Below are positions 58,823 through 64,000 of a DNA stretch of 64,000 nucleotides, piece by piece (the first letter of the stretch is position 1; each line of letters starts with the position of its first letter). Made by a program: the position numbers and the translations under genes. The DNA comes from Octopus sinensis (lineage: Eukaryota). A model generated the notes under the pieces. That model did not search any database, was not told where the DNA came from, and saw nothing but the letters and a program-made list of their open reading frames with translations. Where the stretch lies: assembly GCF_006345805.1 (NCBI RefSeq), contig NC_043006.1:84010001-84074000 (forward strand), in the 5' to 3' direction.

Positions 58823-61800
58823 TTATACAGTTGATCTGAAAGAAGATAAAATTGAAATACAGTACACAAATAACGTAGTTTATTTATAATAAATTTATGA
58901 TTTCATACTTTATTGCAGTATATTAAGATAACACAGTAATACCATTAATAGGAGAGGTTAGGAAGATAAGAGAGGGATGATGAAATAAAATATAACCAGA
59001 TAGAATCTAATAATGAGTACCAGAAGGTATGAGGGAGTTTAATTTTCTGCAATAGTTTTATGGATATAAAAGTTTTATAAATTCATGGATGTAAATGATT
59101 AAAGATATATAAAAGGTCTATGGATATAGAAATAGATTTAAAAAATAGATAGGCAGATAAATAGACAGACAGATAAGCAGGTCAATAGTTGGATAGAATG
59201 ATAGATATTTCTTTATTTTCTGTTTCTTTTTTTTGCTGCTGCTTTCGCAGATTCCCATGTTTCTGTTGCTATCTATTATCATGAATTTAAATTGGGAGCT
59301 TGCATCATAATGAACCTTTCATTAGCTGATCATGCAACCATGCATGCCACTCCTATGGATTTATTGCAGTTACTCTCTTGACAGAGCTTGCTGACCCTGG
59401 GTCTACCTCTTCCACAGGTTATCTTACTATACTCTAACCATGTTGCCTGAGATAAACCAATGCTTAATTCCAATTATACCATCACAGCATTGTATTTACA
59501 AGTACAGAATCATACATTTTTCCCCTTACAAAACCGTTTTAAAGTATCTTTTAAGAGGTGTATGATGGAACATACTAAATTTGTTCTTCTTCCACAAAAT
59601 ATAGGTGCAGATGGTGCTGTATGATTAAGAAATTTGCTTCTCAACCACATGGTTTTGGGTTCAGTCCTACTGCATGGTGTCTTGGACTAGTATCTTCTAC
59701 TATAGCCTTGGGCTGACCAAAGCTTTCTGGGTTGATTTGGTTGATAGAAACTAAATGAAACCTGTCACACACACACACACACAAACATATTTGAAAAAGT
59801 GAATAGAAATGGCTTTTCTGATAATTTTTCCATTTTAATAATTAGATGTCTATAAACATTTAATTATATTGTTTGTTGTATTTTGGGATGGTCATTTTTG
59901 TTTTTCCAAATAAACACACACACATTCATTTACTACTGTTCTTATTTTAACTCATGTCCATCGTCCGGAAATCTTTCGTCACACATCTGTGACCTCTTCA
60001 GTGACACTTTTCGTTTTTGTGTGTGCTCTTGCTCCACTTACTCTGAGTAAGTGAAACAAGAGTGCGTGTTTATTTAGCAAAAAAAAAAAAAATGACCATC
60101 CCAAAATAAAACAATATCCATTTCAGCACACGATTTCATATCAGGAATTTTGCAACACATATTGATAAACGTAAAAACATTTAATTATTAAAGTAGAAAA
60201 ATTTATCAGAAAACCCATTTCTATTAATTTAAAAAAAAATATATAATACTGTAGCAAGGACTTTCTATTTCTCATTCTACTATATATATAGATTGATAGA
60301 TAGATATACACATATGTGTGGGTGTATGTATGTATATATTAGTTTGTGAGTGTGTGTTTGCTTGTGTCTCCTTGTGTTGACAATGTGTGAGTGTTGTAAA
60401 TGAATGCCATTCCTAATATTCCATGCTGTGGAAACATGTCAGGCCATAAAGAGATATTAGCTTTCTTGGAAACATATAAGAGTCAGTGAGCGGGCAGATA
60501 CGTTAGCACACCAGGCGAAATGTTTAGCGGTATTTCGTCTGCCGCTACGCTCTGAGTTCAAATTCCGACGAGGTCGACTTTGCCTTTCATCCTTTCCAGG
60601 TCGATAAATTAAGTACCAGTTATGCACTGGGGTCGATCTAATCGACTTAATCCCTTTGTCTGTCCTTGTTTGTCCCCTCTATGTTTAGCCCCTTGTGGGC
60701 AATAAAGAAATAGGAAACATATAAGAATCGGTGATAGGAAGGGTATCTGGTCATAGAAAATCCGCTGCATTAAACCTTGTCCAACCCATGTAAACATGGA
60801 AAAGTGGATGTTAAAATGATGATGATGCAACTTGTGAAAATAAAGGCATGTCATATACACCAGCAAATATGGCAGGTCCTAGACTATCTTGGAATATTAC
60901 CCTAAATAGAGCAGATCCCTTTAAAGGGCAAATTTGTCTCTCCTCTGCCTTATAGACTTTCTTTTTACTGCGATTGTTATTACGGTTATTTAAACTTAAC
61001 CTCAAGGCTTTGATCAAGTAGGCCTATGCTCAGAGACATTTCATGCATAACTATTCTGTCTTTATTTTTTTGTACTAGTGTATCTTAAACTATGTTATCA
61101 AGTATGTTTTCTTTTTCTGTTTTTTTTTTTATGAATGGCTAAGTGTTAGGATGGAGGCGCAATGCCCAAGTGGTTAGGGCAGCAGACTGTTGTACTCTTT
61201 CACCCCAACTTTCTCTCTCTTTCTTCCTGTTTCTTGAGAAAAGCTGCGATGGACTGGCGTCCCGTCCAGCTGGTGGGGAACACATACGCCACAGAAACCG
61301 GGAAACCGGGCCCATGAGCTAGGCTTGAAAAGGGCGCATAAATAAAAAAATAAAGTGTTAGGGTATTCAGCAGGTGACTGTAAGATCATGAGGTCTATTC
61401 CTGGCAGCACATTGTGTCCTTGAGCAAGACACTTTATTTCACATTGCTCCAGTCCTCTCAGCTGACAAAAATGAGATATAGTACCTGTATTTCAAAGGAC
61501 CAGCCTCATCATATTCTGTGTCTCATTGACTCTCCCTAAGGACCATGTTAAGGGTATGTATGTCTGAGGAGTCCTCAGCCACTTACATGTTAATTTCATG
61601 AGTAGGCTGTTCCATTGATCAGATCAACTAGCACCCTCATCATTGTAACCAATGGGGTGTCAGCTTTTACAAATGATTTTTTTAACAATGAATTTTGAAT
61701 TAAAAGTGGTTTCTATTTTATTAAATTTGAGAATTCAATGAAATAATTGCAAATATGGTTGTTGGTGCTGTAGTTATAATTGTTCAGTTTTTAGTCAACC

Positions 61801-63136
61801 CTTATCAAGCAGATTTTTGCTTAACCCCTTTAGCATTTAAATTGGCCATATCTAGCCCTATTTTATGTTTAAACTAATCAGATCCAGCCTATCACACCTT
61901 CCCTACAATGTCATTCTAAACCTAAACATCAAGATCTCAAAACTATGAGACAAAGCATGATTAATTCAAACCGATGTGAATAAATAAGCATTACATAAGA
62001 CAGAATAATCTGAATGCTAAAGTGTTAAAGGGTTTCATGATTTGAGGAGGATTTGGCTGCTATTTCTAACAAGTTGAGTAACCATATATATTCTATATTC
62101 TAACAAGTTGAGTAACCATATATCCTGGCTTGTTTCAACAGCTGTTCTTCTGGAAATATCCTAATACTGGAATAATAACAATAATAATGATGATAATAGT
62201 AGCAATCCACCACAAAATCTACCTGTTTGTGCGCAAATCCATTTCCACAGGTGTTACACTGTTCTTGAGAATAGCATACAAAAGTCTTTTTTTTTTTTTT
62301 TGTTGATAATAGCTGGAAATTAAGTACTTGATTAACTTAATAAATGGCAGGTGTTTTTTGTTTTTCTTTTTTTCTAAAGACTTTCAACTTGCTGGAGATA
62401 AAAGCTAGGAGTCTTGATTTTTATCTTTGATATTTCTTTGCTTGCAACAATTCCTCAATACTTCAATTAAACATTTTCTGTACTTCAGCAAGACAGAATG
62501 GTAGTTGACAACTTTGCAGAACTGTTATTCTCTTGGCTTTTTTTTTTTTTGTCATTTGCACAGAAAGACAATTTTTTAAAGCAACCTAACTGAAATATGG
62601 AAATTATATTTTTACCTAGTAGGTAACAAAAAAAAAAAAGAAAAGAATCAAGGAAAAATAGAAAATTTTAACTTGATGGCAGATGTTTTTATAAAAAGAA
62701 ATGCAAAAAAAAAAGCATTTGAGATAAAAAGTTCACCTGGATTTTCTATGCCTTTCCCATCACCAACCCTCATCTGTTTTCATGTAACATGTTATTTTAT
62801 CATGTCCAGACATGTTTTCATGGAAGATTGAAAATGAGAGACACAACTTTATGATGTTGGTATTTGTTTACAATTATTACATGTATGTATATTTCTGGAG
62901 TGACAAGTTCAAAGAAGTTATGTCTGGCCACTTAGAATGAAGAACTCAGAGATAAATCTGTGAGTGAATACATAGTTAATACATAACCATTAATCCAATG
63001 AAATATATTTCATCTCAGCATATCTCAGAGGTCTCGGTCTTTGTCATTTCCTCTGTGAGGCCCTACGTGCCACCAGCACAATATCACAACTACAATAACC
63101 ATACGCTTTTTATTCTGATGTTGATATCATCATCAT

Positions 63137-63187
<51 letters not shown>

Positions 63188-64000
63188 TACATATATGTTT
63201 ATAAGAGTGTTGTAATTCGCTTGAAGCATTGTAATATTGAAAAAGGGAAAATAGGAAAGCTTCTGACAATGCAGACTTTCTGCATTGTGAGAAGCTTTCT
63301 TTTTTTTCCTTCATACACACACACGCACATGATACCCAGTAGGTAACAAACAACCTTTTAAACTTGGTAGCAGTTTTTCTTCTTTTGAGGAAGCTCAAAT
63401 TAATTTTCTCGAGTGTTTCACATTGTTGAAACAAAGTAGTTTATTTAGATAAGCTAATTTAGTTTCCAAGTAAATATTGGCTAAAACAGTTATGTGCAGT
63501 ATGACATTGCATGAATGGAGTTTTCATTAAGACAATAATCTATAAATAGTAAAATACTATGAAACAGGGCTAATACTATTTTTCAGTGTGTGTGTGTGAG
63601 TGTGTGTGTAAATTCTTTATATATTATATATTTGGTCTTCATGCACAGGTATCAAACATTGGGTGGAAAATCTTCCTCAGCTATGTGAGGTTCCTACCAT
63701 GACGTTTCCATTGGGTTTGGTCAATGGTTTATGTCTTCCTATATCAAACAGCAGCTTCTATAATATCATCATCATCATCATCATCGTCCTTATTTTAATA
63801 AAAAGAATCAGTTGTCATCCATCATTGTATATTATTTTCCTCTGTAATTAACACTACTCAATGCTTTTTCTCCAATTTCTTATAATAAATGACTACATAG
63901 GCGTAGGAGTGGCTGTGTGGTAAGTAGCTTGCTTACCAACTACATGGTCCCGGGTTCAGTCCCACTGCATGGCACTTTGGGCAAGTGTCTTCTACTATAG

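Noticed and set aside
63649-63780. Acceptor-like ATGCACAG followed by GIKHWVENLPQLCEVPT...
   Set aside because: The frame runs into an (ATC)n repeat, with no recognisable family or clear donor.
1-64000. CRISPR arrays, rRNA, Fanzor/TnpB or prokaryotic operons
   Set aside because: I saw no repeat-spacer structure, rRNA motifs or RuvC-type ORFs.

Overview
This is an AT-rich, microsatellite-saturated animal genomic window. The SINE repertoire and simple-repeat load resemble an Octopus (cephalopod) genome, which is an inference. The only host coding sequence I can support is the last two exons of an SLC16/MCT-like MFS transporter (+, 834-1853 and 5030-5166). The rest is a mosaic of mobile elements: a 5'-truncated CR1-clade LINE with an uninterrupted RT frame; a near-full-length mariner, a mariner deletion derivative and a maT (DD37D) fragment; two R4/Dong-like RLE LINE fragments abutting (CATA)n; two Mag-type Gypsy elements, one with near-identical LTRs and a 5-bp TSD but no RT core; a GC-rich, intron-containing Tol2-like hAT; a Helitron Rep relic plus non-autonomous Helitrons; a Penelope-like GIY-YIG fragment; MITEs with 6-bp TSDs and telomere-like repeats; and dozens of SINEs. 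The most unusual signal is a set of (TA)n-inserted, Penelope-associated non-coding elements. Two carry minimal hammerhead ribozyme motifs. A third is an 833-bp tandem array (53311-55205) whose edge coincides with a predicted hammerhead-type cleavage site. All alignments were done by eye and no database searches were run.
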